This document shows, piece by piece, positions 1-9,423 of a DNA stretch of 64,000 nt (the first letter of the stretch is position 1; every line of letters begins with the position of its first letter). The stretch spans positions 987-64,986 of the forward strand of contig JAFGJZ010000177.1 in assembly GCA_016928815.1 (NCBI GenBank), written 5' to 3'. Under the pieces are notes generated by a model. The model did not search any database. It worked only from the letters and a program-made list of their open reading frames with translations, and was not told the origin of the DNA. The translations under genes were made by a program, and so were the position numbers. The stretch is from Spirochaetota bacterium. GTDB taxonomy: Bacteria; Spirochaetota; UBA4802; JAFGJZ01.

Positions 1-2153
1 AACAGAGGTATTTTCTGCATGTCTTTTTTATTGGTATTCTTTTCTGTAAATGAATTATCTCTTAAATTCATACTGGAACTGTTATTTCCAGAAGTATTTT
101 TTTGTGTCACGGCTTTTCCGGAACCGGTTTTCAAACTGGACTTATTCCTATTCCGGAACATGAAAATACCTGAAAGGTTTTTGAATAAATTTCCGGAACC
201 GGATTTTTTATCTGAATGTAAATTATTTTCAGTTGAGTATTGATCCCCTGAATTACTGCTCATTATGGAAGATCGTTTATTGTAATTTGGAGATGATGTC
301 TGCATGCCGCTTTGAATTGATGAATCGGAAGTATGATACTGACCATAATTCTCTTTACCTGATTTTCCGAAAAGGGAAATTATCTTATTTACCACCGAAT
401 CCGAAGATCGTCCTTCGCTTTCCTGTTCTCCTGCAGATTCAAACAGGTTGTCAAGATTCAGCTTTTTCACCGATTCTGAGGATATGAACTCTTCATTGAA
501 TATTTTTTTCCGTTCGTTTATAGCATTTTTCAATTCCCTTAATTCATTTTTATAAATTGAGGAATTTGAATAGAGATTAAGAAGATTATAAAGTCTTTTT
601 CTGTCGTTTTCAATCCTTTGTATGAATCCGTGTTTTTGATAGTTTTGTAACATTTCATCTGAAAGTATGTCCGGAACTGTAAATTCTTTTTCAGGCAAAT
701 CAGATAATTCGGCACTCTGGAATATTCCGGACTGTGTCAGATGGAGCGTTATAACTATCTGCGGTGATTTTTTATCAAGATTATATCTTAATGAAGGTAT
801 GATTCTTTTAATGTTTTCACTTTTATTTCTGTTTGCTGATATGGAAAACTGAAATTGGAGATATGAAAGTATGTTGAATATTTCAGTGTCTCCGGTATTT
901 ATATCCTTAAGCTGTTCATATTTTTCCGATTCAAGTATTCCAAGTACTTCTCCGGATAAAAGTTTCTGATATGCTGCATGCAATGAGTTTTCATCATTAT
1001 GCTTACGCAGGATATACTGAATGTTCTGTAGAATGATTATTTTGTTTAATCTTCCTATTTTTTTAATATTTACATTGCTGTCATCGTGTATAAGTACCGG
1101 CTTTTTATGCTGATTTAAAAGATATGATGAATCTTCAAAAACCGAATAATTTACAAGAATAAAATCATGCGGCAGTTTCAATGCAGCTTCAAGTTCCTTC
1201 CGGGCTTTGATATATATGTAGGTGATTTTTTCGTTTTTCTGATCCGTTTTAAGTAAAATGTTGAATGAACTGAAAATGTTCTGAATTGAAATGCCTGACG
1301 GACTGTCAAACTTCATTCCGGTAAAATTTTCTATTTTCATCGTAATGTCAGGAAACAGATTTCTGACTGATTTGATTTTTTCCGTGTAATCGGTAAAAAA
1401 AGTAATTTTTCCCTGAGAAAGATGCTTCCATTTGAAAAATTTGGTTATACTCATATAATTTGAAGAAGGATGCAGAATTGCAGAAATATTACGCGGCGAG
1501 ATCCCAAGATTATTGAACTGTTCAGTATAGGTTCTTGGAAACAGATAAGTTATGAAATTGTTGTTTTCATAAAATACCGGATTATTGTCAATTATTGCAA
1601 ATCCTGCTCCGTTGAAACGGTCCAGTTTTTTGGAATTTCTGGATAAAATATCGTGTGTGACTGCCTCATTCTGCACTTCATCCATGAGGTTTTTAAGATT
1701 TAACAGTTCGTTATCGTTATGCTTTATTTTAAAATTTCCGTCTTTATAGAAAATACCTATGAATGATTCACGGTCTGAAATGGCTTTACTCCCGGAAATA
1801 CTCGGAATATCCTTTTCGGCATTAATGAAATTCGCGTTATCCAGATTTAAGCCGAAAATTTTCTGATAATTAAGAAATTTGTTAATAATCAGATTCCGCC
1901 CTATGTATCTGTTTTTGGGAAGGTATTTTACATCAATGTTAAACTGTTCAAAAGCAGGATTCCCTATATACAGGTCGGAAATAATGATGTTTTCAATAAG
2001 CGGAATTATTTCTACCGGCAGATCCTGCCAGTTTCCTATTCTGATAAAGGGTCGTTCATCATTCAGGGAATCACCTGTGAAGATTATAAAACATTCAGGA
2101 TTGACGACGAATATGCGGTCCTGTTCACTTCTAATTATTTCCGATAATTTCAT
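1..2153 (-). CDS. Large hypothetical protein, C-terminus cut by window edge (start ATG at 2153; >715 aa in window); Ser/Asn-rich low-complexity C-terminal region with SGSG motifs
   Basis: Hand translation of the minus strand from ATG 2153 stays open to position 1. No substantial plus-strand ORF covers the region, only short shadow ORFs. No recognisable catalytic motif. Confidence 0.5.
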   Translation of the reverse strand, partial: MKLSEIIRSEQDRIFVVNPECFIIFTGDSLNDERPFIRIGNWQDLPVEIIPLIENIIISDLYIGNPAFEQFNIDVKYLPKNRYIGRNLIINKFLNYQKIFGLNLDNANFINAEKDIPSISGSKAISDRESFIGIFYKDGNFKIKHNDNELLNLKNLMDEVQNEAVTHDILSRNSKKLDRFNGAGFAIIDNNPVFYENNNFITYLFPRTYTEQFNNLGISPRNISAILHPSSNYMSITKFFKWKHLSQGKITFFTDYTEKIKSVRNLFPDITMKIENFTGMKFDSPSGISIQNIFSSFNILLKTDQKNEKITYIYIKARKELEAALKLPHDFILVNYSVFEDSSYLLNQHKKPVLIHDDSNVNIKKIGRLNKIIILQNIQYILRKHNDENSLHAAYQKLLSGEVLGILESEKYEQLKDINTGDTEIFNILSYLQFQFSISANRNKSENIKRIIPSLRYNLDKKSPQIVITLHLTQSGIFQSAELSDLPEKEFTVPDILSDEMLQNYQKHGFIQRIENDRKRLYNLLNLYSNSSIYKNELRELKNAINERKKIFNEEFISSESVKKLNLDNLFESAGEQESEGRSSDSVVNKIISLFGKSGKENYGQYHTSDSSIQSGMQTSSPNYNKRSSIMSSNSGDQYSTENNLHSDKKSGSGNLFKNLSGIFMFRNRNKSSLKTGSGKAVTQKNTSGNNSSSMNLRDNSFTEKNTNKKDMQKIPL

Positions 2154-2310
2154 ATTTCATCCATATGCCTGTTTTTATTTTATTTGAAAAAATATGGAAC
2201 CTGATATATTATTTATATAGACAATTAATTACTTTGAATAATTTTGCAATAAAAATTATTTAAATTCTATAAATTATAGTCGATAAAATGAACATAGGGA
2301 AAATTTTCTG

Positions 2311-4752
2311 ATGAAAAATGCGATTTTAAAAATATATCTTAGTAACTTTAAATTAAAACATATTTTCATGGAAATATTATCAGTAATATTTTTAATATCA
2401 GTAGTAATTTTTCTTTTTACTCCCGGTGAAATTGAAACTTCGCCTTCCGGGTGGAATAATAAGATCAGTTTTACTCCCGCAGGTCAGAATGTAACAGGGT
2501 ATTCTGCGCTATCAAAGGGTAATTTGATCGCACTGGCTTATGAAGCGGAAGAAAAGGGGGTTTTATCGCTGTTTGTTAAAATTTCTCTGAATTCCGGAAA
2601 ATTTTTTTTTAATCCTGTAAAAATTTCTGACGCAAATCTCCAGCAAAGAAAGAAAGAATACAAAATGAATCCTTATATTACAGTTTCCGATAATGGAAAG
2701 TTCTTTCTTGTCTGGCAGGATTTTGACGAAATTACTTTTGAACCTAAAATTTATTATGCTTTTTCTGATGATTACGGGGCAAACTGGAGCGGACCGGATG
2801 AGTTTAATATTACGGCCGGTGTACAGTTCCTTCCTAAAATAATCTATGACGGTAAGAACCGTCTTCATGTGTTTTATCATGTTTATGAAAAGGATGCTTT
2901 TTATTTATATCATATTTACGAAACAGGCGGTAAAGGTGTATTTTCCCTGCCTGAAAGACTTGTAAAACTGACCGGTACTCAATTAAGAGGCGCTTTTTTC
3001 CCGGCTATAGCGAATTCTGGAAATGAAATGTATATCATCTGGCAGGGAAAGGGGTTGAACAGAGGCAGTCTGTCGGATGATTTATTTTTTATGCATTCGT
3101 CAGATTATGGAAAGAATTTTTCCAAATCAGTTAAAATTACCACAAGTCCGAAAAATGACGCTTCTCCCGGTATTTTTCTGTTCAACTCAAAAATTTACTG
3201 TACTTATCTTAATGATGAAACCGGAAACTGGGAGATATTTTTAACCGAGTCTGATGATAACGGCAGAACATGGAGCGAACAGCCGGTAAAGATTTTTGAG
3301 ACTAATTTAAACAGTTATGATCCGGTAATGTCTTCCGACAGCCGCGGTAATCCTGTTTTTTTCTGGTATAATATTGAGGATGGGAAAAATAAAATTTTTT
3401 CAAGAAAAATACTCCTGGGAGAGGGGGAAAGGAAATTCAGTGAAATCCAGAACATTTCTCAGAATAAAACTGACGCTACAGCACCGTCTGTTATGACCTT
3501 TGAAAATAATATTACCTGTTTGTGGCTTGAGTCAGGATCCATTAAGGCAAAGTCATCAGATACATATGCCGCACCGCCGGAGGTATTTTCATCGACTCAT
3601 CCGTTTGAAAAATGGTCTAAAAATTCTATTGCCTATATAAACTGGAAAAAGCCTGCAGACGAATCCGGAATAGCAGGATATGCTACCATAATAAACCGTG
3701 ATCCGAATTTTAATCCTACTGTTCAGAATTATGAATCAAATATTTTCAGTACCAGGTCAGGTTCTCTTGATGATGGAATAAACTATTTTCATATCCGCAC
3801 AATTGACAATGCCGGAAATTTCAGCAGAACGGTACATTATCCTCTCATGGTCAGCAGCACACCGCTGCAGATGCCGCTGATAACATCAGATACGCACAAG
3901 GAAGGTGAAAAAACAAATTCACGTAATGTTACGCTTCGATGGACGCAGGCTGATGAAATCAGGGTCAAGGGTTTCAGATACAGTCTGAGCTTAAATTCTC
4001 TTTCAAACCCGGATAAATTTATTTCAGGGAAAGAAATTTCCTTTGATCAGCTTGCTGACGGCAGATACTTTTTTCAGATTCAGGGTGTTGATAAAACTAA
4101 CACATATGGCAGAACTGCTACTTATGAAATAGTAATTGGAGATGTTCCGGACGTAGGTTCCGATTTCTATGAGAAAATTGCAAAAGCTAAAGATGATATA
4201 CCTGTGAAATCAGGAAAACCGGTATTTTTCAAACCTGAGATTCCTGAATTTGAAATAGCCTTAGTTAACCCTGTTCCTTTAAAGAAGCCGGAAGTTAAGA
4301 TCAGAATTAATATAAAAAATGCAGATAAACTGAAAGGTGTTTCAATTACAGGCATTAAAACCGGGCTAAATTCAGATGTCATAATTCATGATAAGCTGCC
4401 TGAAATTGAGAATCCTGAATTTACAATTAATGACCTGTCTGAAGGAACAAACAGTATTTCAGTTTCGCTCAGATATCAGTACTCCAGCCGCGGTAAAATT
4501 ATTGAAAAATGGACAGAAACTGCAACAGCTTCTGTCGAATATAAATTACCGGATAAATCCACTCCGCTCGAAAACTTTGAAAAAAAACTTTTACCTGAAC
4601 TTGCAGCTTCAAAATATGCGGCTGTTGCAGTTATACTGCTGCTTCTTGTTGCATGGTTTAACAGCTTTAACAGAAAATCGCTTTTTTACCTAAAAAGTTT
4701 TTTTACGAGGACGGTACTTTCTTTAAAATTGATTGTATCAAATTTAATCTAA
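2311..4752 (+). CDS. BNR/Asp-box repeat (sialidase-like beta-propeller) surface protein with N-terminal TM segment, FN3-like region and C-terminal TM anchor
   Basis: Asp-box motifs SDDYGANWS, SSDYGKNFS, SDDNGRTWS. Hydrophobic N-terminus (ILSVIFLISVVIFLF) and hydrophobic C-terminal segment (AAVAVILLLLVAWF). 813 aa ORF, divergent from upstream gene. Confidence 0.7.
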   Translation: MKNAILKIYLSNFKLKHIFMEILSVIFLISVVIFLFTPGEIETSPSGWNNKISFTPAGQNVTGYSALSKGNLIALAYEAEEKGVLSLFVKISLNSGKFFFNPVKISDANLQQRKKEYKMNPYITVSDNGKFFLVWQDFDEITFEPKIYYAFSDDYGANWSGPDEFNITAGVQFLPKIIYDGKNRLHVFYHVYEKDAFYLYHIYETGGKGVFSLPERLVKLTGTQLRGAFFPAIANSGNEMYIIWQGKGLNRGSLSDDLFFMHSSDYGKNFSKSVKITTSPKNDASPGIFLFNSKIYCTYLNDETGNWEIFLTESDDNGRTWSEQPVKIFETNLNSYDPVMSSDSRGNPVFFWYNIEDGKNKIFSRKILLGEGERKFSEIQNISQNKTDATAPSVMTFENNITCLWLESGSIKAKSSDTYAAPPEVFSSTHPFEKWSKNSIAYINWKKPADESGIAGYATIINRDPNFNPTVQNYESNIFSTRSGSLDDGINYFHIRTIDNAGNFSRTVHYPLMVSSTPLQMPLITSDTHKEGEKTNSRNVTLRWTQADEIRVKGFRYSLSLNSLSNPDKFISGKEISFDQLADGRYFFQIQGVDKTNTYGRTATYEIVIGDVPDVGSDFYEKIAKAKDDIPVKSGKPVFFKPEIPEFEIALVNPVPLKKPEVKIRINIKNADKLKGVSITGIKTGLNSDVIIHDKLPEIENPEFTINDLSEGTNSISVSLRYQYSSRGKIIEKWTETATASVEYKLPDKSTPLENFEKKLLPELAASKYAAVAVILLLLVAWFNSFNRKSLFYLKSFFTRTVLSLKLIVSNLI

Positions 4753-4806
4753 TAGTTGACATTGTTGACTCTTTAAGTTACAATATTAGTGATAAAAGGA
4801 GGTGTC

Positions 4807-5514
4807 ATGAAAAATAAATTATTTTTATCAGCAGCGTTCTTTTTCTGTATGTCACTGTCGGTTGTTTTTTCAGAAAGTGCATTTCGCGGCGGAGATCTTG
4901 TAATGGAACCGCTGTCAGCAAAAACGATGGAATATCTTCCCGTAACAAGGGATTTTAGAAATTATTTTATTTTACAGTCAATTGATGATGTTACCAATAT
5001 TATAATCGGGGATTTCGTTGGCGCGGATATATTAATTACTGTTATAAGTGATTTGGAATCCGATGGTAAGGCTGACAAGTTCTATGAATGGTACCCTCAG
5101 GTTAAAAAGAAAAAAATCCAGACAAAACCTACCACGCCGCTTTATGAAGGGGATGAGAAAACCAAGGAAAAAATCATTTCGGGCGAAATTTTCAGGACAA
5201 ACTATTCTTATAAAATGTCCTCGCTCGATTCATTGAAATATATGCTTAAAAAAGGAACTGATATTGTAAAATATGAACATGGATATGCAGTCCGTATTTT
5301 CGATCCGGAGAAACCTACAGAAAGAATGAGCGAGTTTTTTTTCGGAAGGAAGAATGGACGTTATGACCTGCAGTTTAAGACGAATTATTATAAATTGTAC
5401 AATACTGTAATAAAACCGCCGATACCTTTTTCCGTATATTGTGTAAACTCCAAAGACAAGGCTGTAAAAGATACAGTTGAAGAATTAATAAAAATTGTGG
5501 AAGCGGCAGATTAG
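4807..5514 (+). CDS. Secreted hypothetical protein (signal peptide)
   Basis: Track start 4789 is a GTG inside the promoter/RBS. The ATG at 4807 is preceded by AAAGGAGG, and a sigma70-like promoter (TTGACA 4757, TACAAT 4780) lies upstream. N-terminal MKNKLFLSAAFFFCMSLSVVFS looks like a signal peptide. Confidence 0.6.
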   Translation: MKNKLFLSAAFFFCMSLSVVFSESAFRGGDLVMEPLSAKTMEYLPVTRDFRNYFILQSIDDVTNIIIGDFVGADILITVISDLESDGKADKFYEWYPQVKKKKIQTKPTTPLYEGDEKTKEKIISGEIFRTNYSYKMSSLDSLKYMLKKGTDIVKYEHGYAVRIFDPEKPTERMSEFFFGRKNGRYDLQFKTNYYKLYNTVIKPPIPFSVYCVNSKDKAVKDTVEELIKIVEAAD

Positions 5515-5554
5515 AATTATTTTTTAAGCCTCATTACTGAGTTTGGGAATCTGA

Positions 5555-5584
5555 AATCAAGGGGACATCCCCTTGATTTGTTTT
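5555..5584 (+). terminator. Rho-independent terminator (10-bp stem AATCAAGGGG/CCCCTTGATT, loop ACAT, then TGTTTT)
   Basis: Perfect 10-bp inverted repeat followed by a T-rich tract, 40 nt after the stop of the 4807..5514 gene. Confidence 0.55.
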
Positions 5585-5725
5585 AATAACATGATTTTTC
5601 CCGACAGTTGCATTTTTATTACGGTAATTTATCAGTGCTTAAAATGGATGTTGATTCAGCGGACTTATAGAACAGATCATGTGATTCTGTATTTTGTTTT
5701 TAACGACAGGTATAATGTGAATGGA

Positions 5726-5763
5726 TAAAAAAACCGCCTGCAGGCTGCAGGCGGTTTTTTTTC
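5726..5763. terminator. Bidirectional intrinsic terminator (A8 - CCGCCTGC/GCAGGCGG hairpin - T9)
   Basis: GC-rich 8-bp stem flanked by an A-run upstream and a T-run downstream, immediately 3' of the minus-strand gene ending at 5770. Confidence 0.55.
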
Positions 5764-5769
5764 AACTAT

Positions 5770-6378
5770 TTATTTTGCTTTTGGTTTTGCTTTCGGTTTT
5801 GATTTGGAGCCTGATGCCGGTTTGGCATTCGCAATTGATTTTGTATCTGCTTTTTCTTTGAGATGATAAACCATTTCCCTGAAAAGGTCATATGTTTCTT
5901 TTAAATAATCACTTTGACGTAAATCACGCATTTTGTCAGGAAATTTATTGTTTAATATCTGTTTCATATATTCAGCCATTACATAAAGAGGTCCGGCAAT
6001 TCTATGCGTCTGACGTATAAGGACAAAAAATAACACAATACCCTGAATAATAATTATGCAGATAATGATCCAGAGAAGCAGCTGATTTTGAAAAATCATT
6101 TTTCTTAAAGTCTGCATGTTTTCATTATGGTTTTTTGCCATTTCCCGGCTCATTCTCTGTTGGGTTTCATCTGCAGCAGACATATCAGAACTTGTTAAAA
6201 CCTGAACAATGCTATCCTGAATATCAACAATGCGATTAATTTTATCATTATTGTCCAGAGCATTGAATCCGATTAAAGCTGTAAGTATTGCTACTACAAT
6301 AAAAATTAAGCCGATTACAGTAAATGTCGCACGGAATTGAAATTTTTTATTGATTATATAAATTTTTCTTTTCGCCAT
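5770..6378 (-). CDS. Small membrane protein, two predicted TM helices, KPKAK-rich C-terminal tail
   Basis: ORF with hydrophobic segments TFTVIGLIFIVVAILTALIGF and LLLWIIICIIIIQGIVLFFVLI. Same strand and downstream of relA-maf. Confidence 0.55.
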   Translation of the reverse strand: MAKRKIYIINKKFQFRATFTVIGLIFIVVAILTALIGFNALDNNDKINRIVDIQDSIVQVLTSSDMSAADETQQRMSREMAKNHNENMQTLRKMIFQNQLLLWIIICIIIIQGIVLFFVLIRQTHRIAGPLYVMAEYMKQILNNKFPDKMRDLRQSDYLKETYDLFREMVYHLKEKADTKSIANAKPASGSKSKPKAKPKAK

Positions 6379-6441
6379 ATATATACCTCTTTTATATATT
6401 TATGTATTTTCTCATATTTATTTCATTAAGTCAATGTTTTT

Positions 6442-7050
6442 TCATAGGTTAAAAAGAGATTTAATCAGTTCAATTTCAACGGCTGTTTTAAAAAAAAGAC
6501 GAAGCGGGAAACCGATGATATTTGTATGGGATCCTTCATATTTTTCAATTATCATTGAACCGTTTTCCTGAATGGCATAGGCTCCTGCTTTATCCATGTA
6601 TTCGGTTGCATCAAGATAGGCGGCGATCCCGGAAGCTGAAAGCGGTTTAAAAAATACCGGACTTTTTTCAAGCGAGCATACCGTGTCAGCAACGCTGCCG
6701 TTTAGGATGTATGTCAGTCCGATTGCCGTAATAACATTATGTGTCTTACCCTGAAGCATCTGAAGTATTTGAACGGCATGTTCCCTGTCACGGGGCTTTT
6801 GAAGAATTATATTTCTGTATTCAACAATAGTATCTGATGTAATAATCAGGATTTCCCCGCTTTCTGTACGATCAATCCTGTTTAGAATTTCCAGGTTTTT
6901 TTCACGGGCCATACGCAGGGTGAAAACATCCGCTTTTTCATCCGGAAGATTTGATTCATCTATATGCGGAGGAATTATCTCAATATCATTAAAAAGACGG
7001 GAGAGTATCTGTTTTCTGCGCGGAGATGATGAACCAAGTATGATTTTCAT
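6442..7050 (-). CDS. maf: Maf-like nucleoside triphosphate pyrophosphatase (septum formation protein Maf)
   Basis: N-terminal MKIILGSSSPRRKQIL and overall Maf-family similarity. 4-bp overlap with upstream relA. Confidence 0.85.
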   Translation of the reverse strand: MKIILGSSSPRRKQILSRLFNDIEIIPPHIDESNLPDEKADVFTLRMAREKNLEILNRIDRTESGEILIITSDTIVEYRNIILQKPRDREHAVQILQMLQGKTHNVITAIGLTYILNGSVADTVCSLEKSPVFFKPLSASGIAAYLDATEYMDKAGAYAIQENGSMIIEKYEGSHTNIIGFPLRLFFKTAVEIELIKSLFNL

Positions 7051-9095
7051 TTTTTCAATATTACTTTTTCATTAATTTTATATGCATCTCTTATGTCTTT
7101 AATGGACTTCAGTTTTTTAATTATTTCATTCATGTGATCCACGCTCTTAACTTCAAGTACGAATTTAATTGTGGCGATCCCGTTCTGCGGCTCGGAAGCC
7201 TCAATTTTAATAATATTCGTTTTCATAAGGGATATCTGATCCGCGATATCCCTGAAAAGATGCGGCCTGTCTGTTGCTGTAATTGCTATTTTTATCGGAT
7301 GAACCTGCTCCGAATCAGACCACAGGATGTTGATGAATCTTTCCTTTTCTTCTTTCATGTGTCGTATGGAAGGACATGACTTTTTATGAACGGTTATTCC
7401 GCGTCCCCTTGTAATGAATCCTATTACTTCATCGCCGGGGATGGGCTGGCAGCATTGAGACAGTTTAATCAGCACATTCGAGTCGCCTTCAACAGTAATT
7501 CCTGTCTTGTTTTTCCTGTTGTACTGATGTATTTTTATCAAATCAGTATCAGGAATGGATACTTCCGCAGTTTTTTCCTTTTTTGATTTTCTGGCTTTTT
7601 CCTCTTTTTTAAAATCGGAATCCATCTCTGAATGATGTTTTCTTAACCAGGTTTTTATCTTGGTTCTGGCATTAGAGGATTTAACAATTTTCAGCCATGT
7701 ATCATTGGGATGATGGTTCGGGTTTGTTGTAATTTCAACTATGTCACCGCTGTTTAAGGTTGTTCGCAAAGGAACCATTGAATTATTAACCTTTGCTCCG
7801 GAACAGTGATGTCCGACTTCGGTATGGATGGAATAGGCAAAATCTATCGGTGTGGCGCCTTTGCCGAGTTTGATAATTTTGCCTTTAGGAGTAAAAACGA
7901 AAATTTCCTCTTCGTACAGATCCATTTTCAGTTCGGTCATGAACTCTCTTGTGTCATTTACCTCTTCCCGCCATTTGGTTATATCCTTGAGCAGGGCAAG
8001 TCCGGACTGTTTCGGTATTGAATCTTTCAGATTTACATTTTCCTTGTATGACCAATGAGCTGCGATACCCATATCAGCGGTTAAATCCATTTCTATTGTC
8101 CTGATCTGAATTTCAAGGAAATGCTTGTCAGGTCCTGTTACGGTTGTATGAAGCGACTGATACATATTTGACTTCGGAACTGCAATGTAGTCTTTAAACC
8201 TGCTTGGCACAGGCGGCCATAACGTGTGAACTGTACCAAGTATGGCATAGCAGTCCTTGACTTCTTTTGCAATGATTCTTATTGCGCGTATATCGAATAT
8301 ATCCTCAAATGTTTTGTCCTGATATTTCATTTTGCGGTAAATGGAATAGAAGTGCTTGACCCTTCCTGTGATTTCAGCTTCAAGGTTGTTCTTTTTAAGC
8401 TCTTTATGAAGTTCTTCACTGATAAATTCAATATAGGCCTCAATTTCATCCCTTCTGAGTGAAAAATGTTTTTTTAGATCTTCATAGTCCTGGGGATATA
8501 AAACATGGAAAGCAAGATCTTCAAGTTCCGAACGTATCTTTGACATACCAAGTCTGCCTGCAAGCGGAGCGTAAATATCAAGTACTTCTGTAGCGATCTT
8601 TTTCTGCTTTGCAGCAGGTTGAAACATGAGAGTGCGCATATTGTGCGTTTTATCCGCAAGTTTTATTATTATTACTCTGGCGTCTTTTATGGTTGCCATA
8701 AGCATTTTACGGAGGGTCTGCGCCTGGTCATGGTACTTGGTTTTTTTCTTGAGAGATGAAATTTTTGTAACACCGTCTACAAGCTCGGCGATGTTTTCAC
8801 CGAAATTTGAAGCTATTTTAGGAAGAGATGTCTCCGTATCCTCGACAACATCATGCAGCAGTGCTGCAATAATCGTAGGCGTGTCCATTTTAAGTTTGGC
8901 CAGAATGATGGCAACTTCAAGCGGATGAATTATGTAAGGTTCGCCTGACAGTCTTTTCTGGTTTTTATGCGCATTCTCAGCATACTCGTAAGCTGCAGTA
9001 ATCAGCGGAATGTCAGCATCTGGTCTGTTTTTTTTTAAAATTTCAAGAAGAGTATTGAAATCCCTTTCTTTTATTTTTAATTCAATTTCACCCAT
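7047..9095 (-). CDS. relA: Bifunctional (p)ppGpp synthetase/hydrolase RelA/SpoT family
   Basis: HD hydrolase motif (HDVVED), synthetase region, TGS and ACT-like C-terminal domains. 682 aa. Confidence 0.9.
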   Translation of the reverse strand: MGEIELKIKERDFNTLLEILKKNRPDADIPLITAAYEYAENAHKNQKRLSGEPYIIHPLEVAIILAKLKMDTPTIIAALLHDVVEDTETSLPKIASNFGENIAELVDGVTKISSLKKKTKYHDQAQTLRKMLMATIKDARVIIIKLADKTHNMRTLMFQPAAKQKKIATEVLDIYAPLAGRLGMSKIRSELEDLAFHVLYPQDYEDLKKHFSLRRDEIEAYIEFISEELHKELKKNNLEAEITGRVKHFYSIYRKMKYQDKTFEDIFDIRAIRIIAKEVKDCYAILGTVHTLWPPVPSRFKDYIAVPKSNMYQSLHTTVTGPDKHFLEIQIRTIEMDLTADMGIAAHWSYKENVNLKDSIPKQSGLALLKDITKWREEVNDTREFMTELKMDLYEEEIFVFTPKGKIIKLGKGATPIDFAYSIHTEVGHHCSGAKVNNSMVPLRTTLNSGDIVEITTNPNHHPNDTWLKIVKSSNARTKIKTWLRKHHSEMDSDFKKEEKARKSKKEKTAEVSIPDTDLIKIHQYNRKNKTGITVEGDSNVLIKLSQCCQPIPGDEVIGFITRGRGITVHKKSCPSIRHMKEEKERFINILWSDSEQVHPIKIAITATDRPHLFRDIADQISLMKTNIIKIEASEPQNGIATIKFVLEVKSVDHMNEIIKKLKSIKDIRDAYKINEKVILKK

Positions 9096-9319
9096 ACACT
9101 CTGTCCGAAGAAGTATTTAAAGAGATTTATAAACAACAATTGCTATTTCAGAATTATAGCATAATTTAGTCAACATGTTAAAAAATAATCATGAATTACT
9201 AATTTCCTAAAAAAATATAAATTTCAATAAAAAATAAAAAAAAACTAATAAAATTCAGTCTTCTTCCGATAAATTTAATGATTGATTATAAGCACTCCTT
9301 TTGAACCCATTTTGGGTAG

Positions 9320-9360
9320 AAGGCTTTTGCAGACTGCACTCCTGCAAAAGCCTTTTTTGT
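9320..9360 (+). terminator. Strong hairpin with U-tract (13-bp stem AAGGCTTTTGCAG/CTGCAAAAGCCTT, 9-nt loop) with no upstream CDS on this strand
   Basis: Perfect 13-bp inverted repeat followed by TTTTTTGTTGTT. It lies in the AT-rich spacer between divergent relA and tsaC, upstream of the putative tsaC promoter (TTGACA at 9380). Confidence 0.4.
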
Positions 9361-9423
9361 TGTTCCGGAAATTATATTTGACAGGCCGTTTCAATGTGTC
9401 TTATTTAATAAAAGGCAGATATT

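Noticed and set aside
2563-2880. Antisense and embedded small ORFs (e.g. 2563-2880 -, 4167-4382 -, 14144-14398 -, 19038-19283 +, 19324-19694 +, 37893-38202 -, 49486-49903 -)
   Set aside because: All lie wholly within long, well-supported genes on the opposite strand or in another frame. They have no RBS and low-complexity or odd composition, and are typical shadow ORFs in AT-rich DNA.
4789-4806. ORF-track start (GTG, 4789) for the secreted protein
   Set aside because: That codon lies inside the -10/RBS (TACAAT...AAAGGAGG). The ATG at 4807 with ideal SD spacing is the real start.
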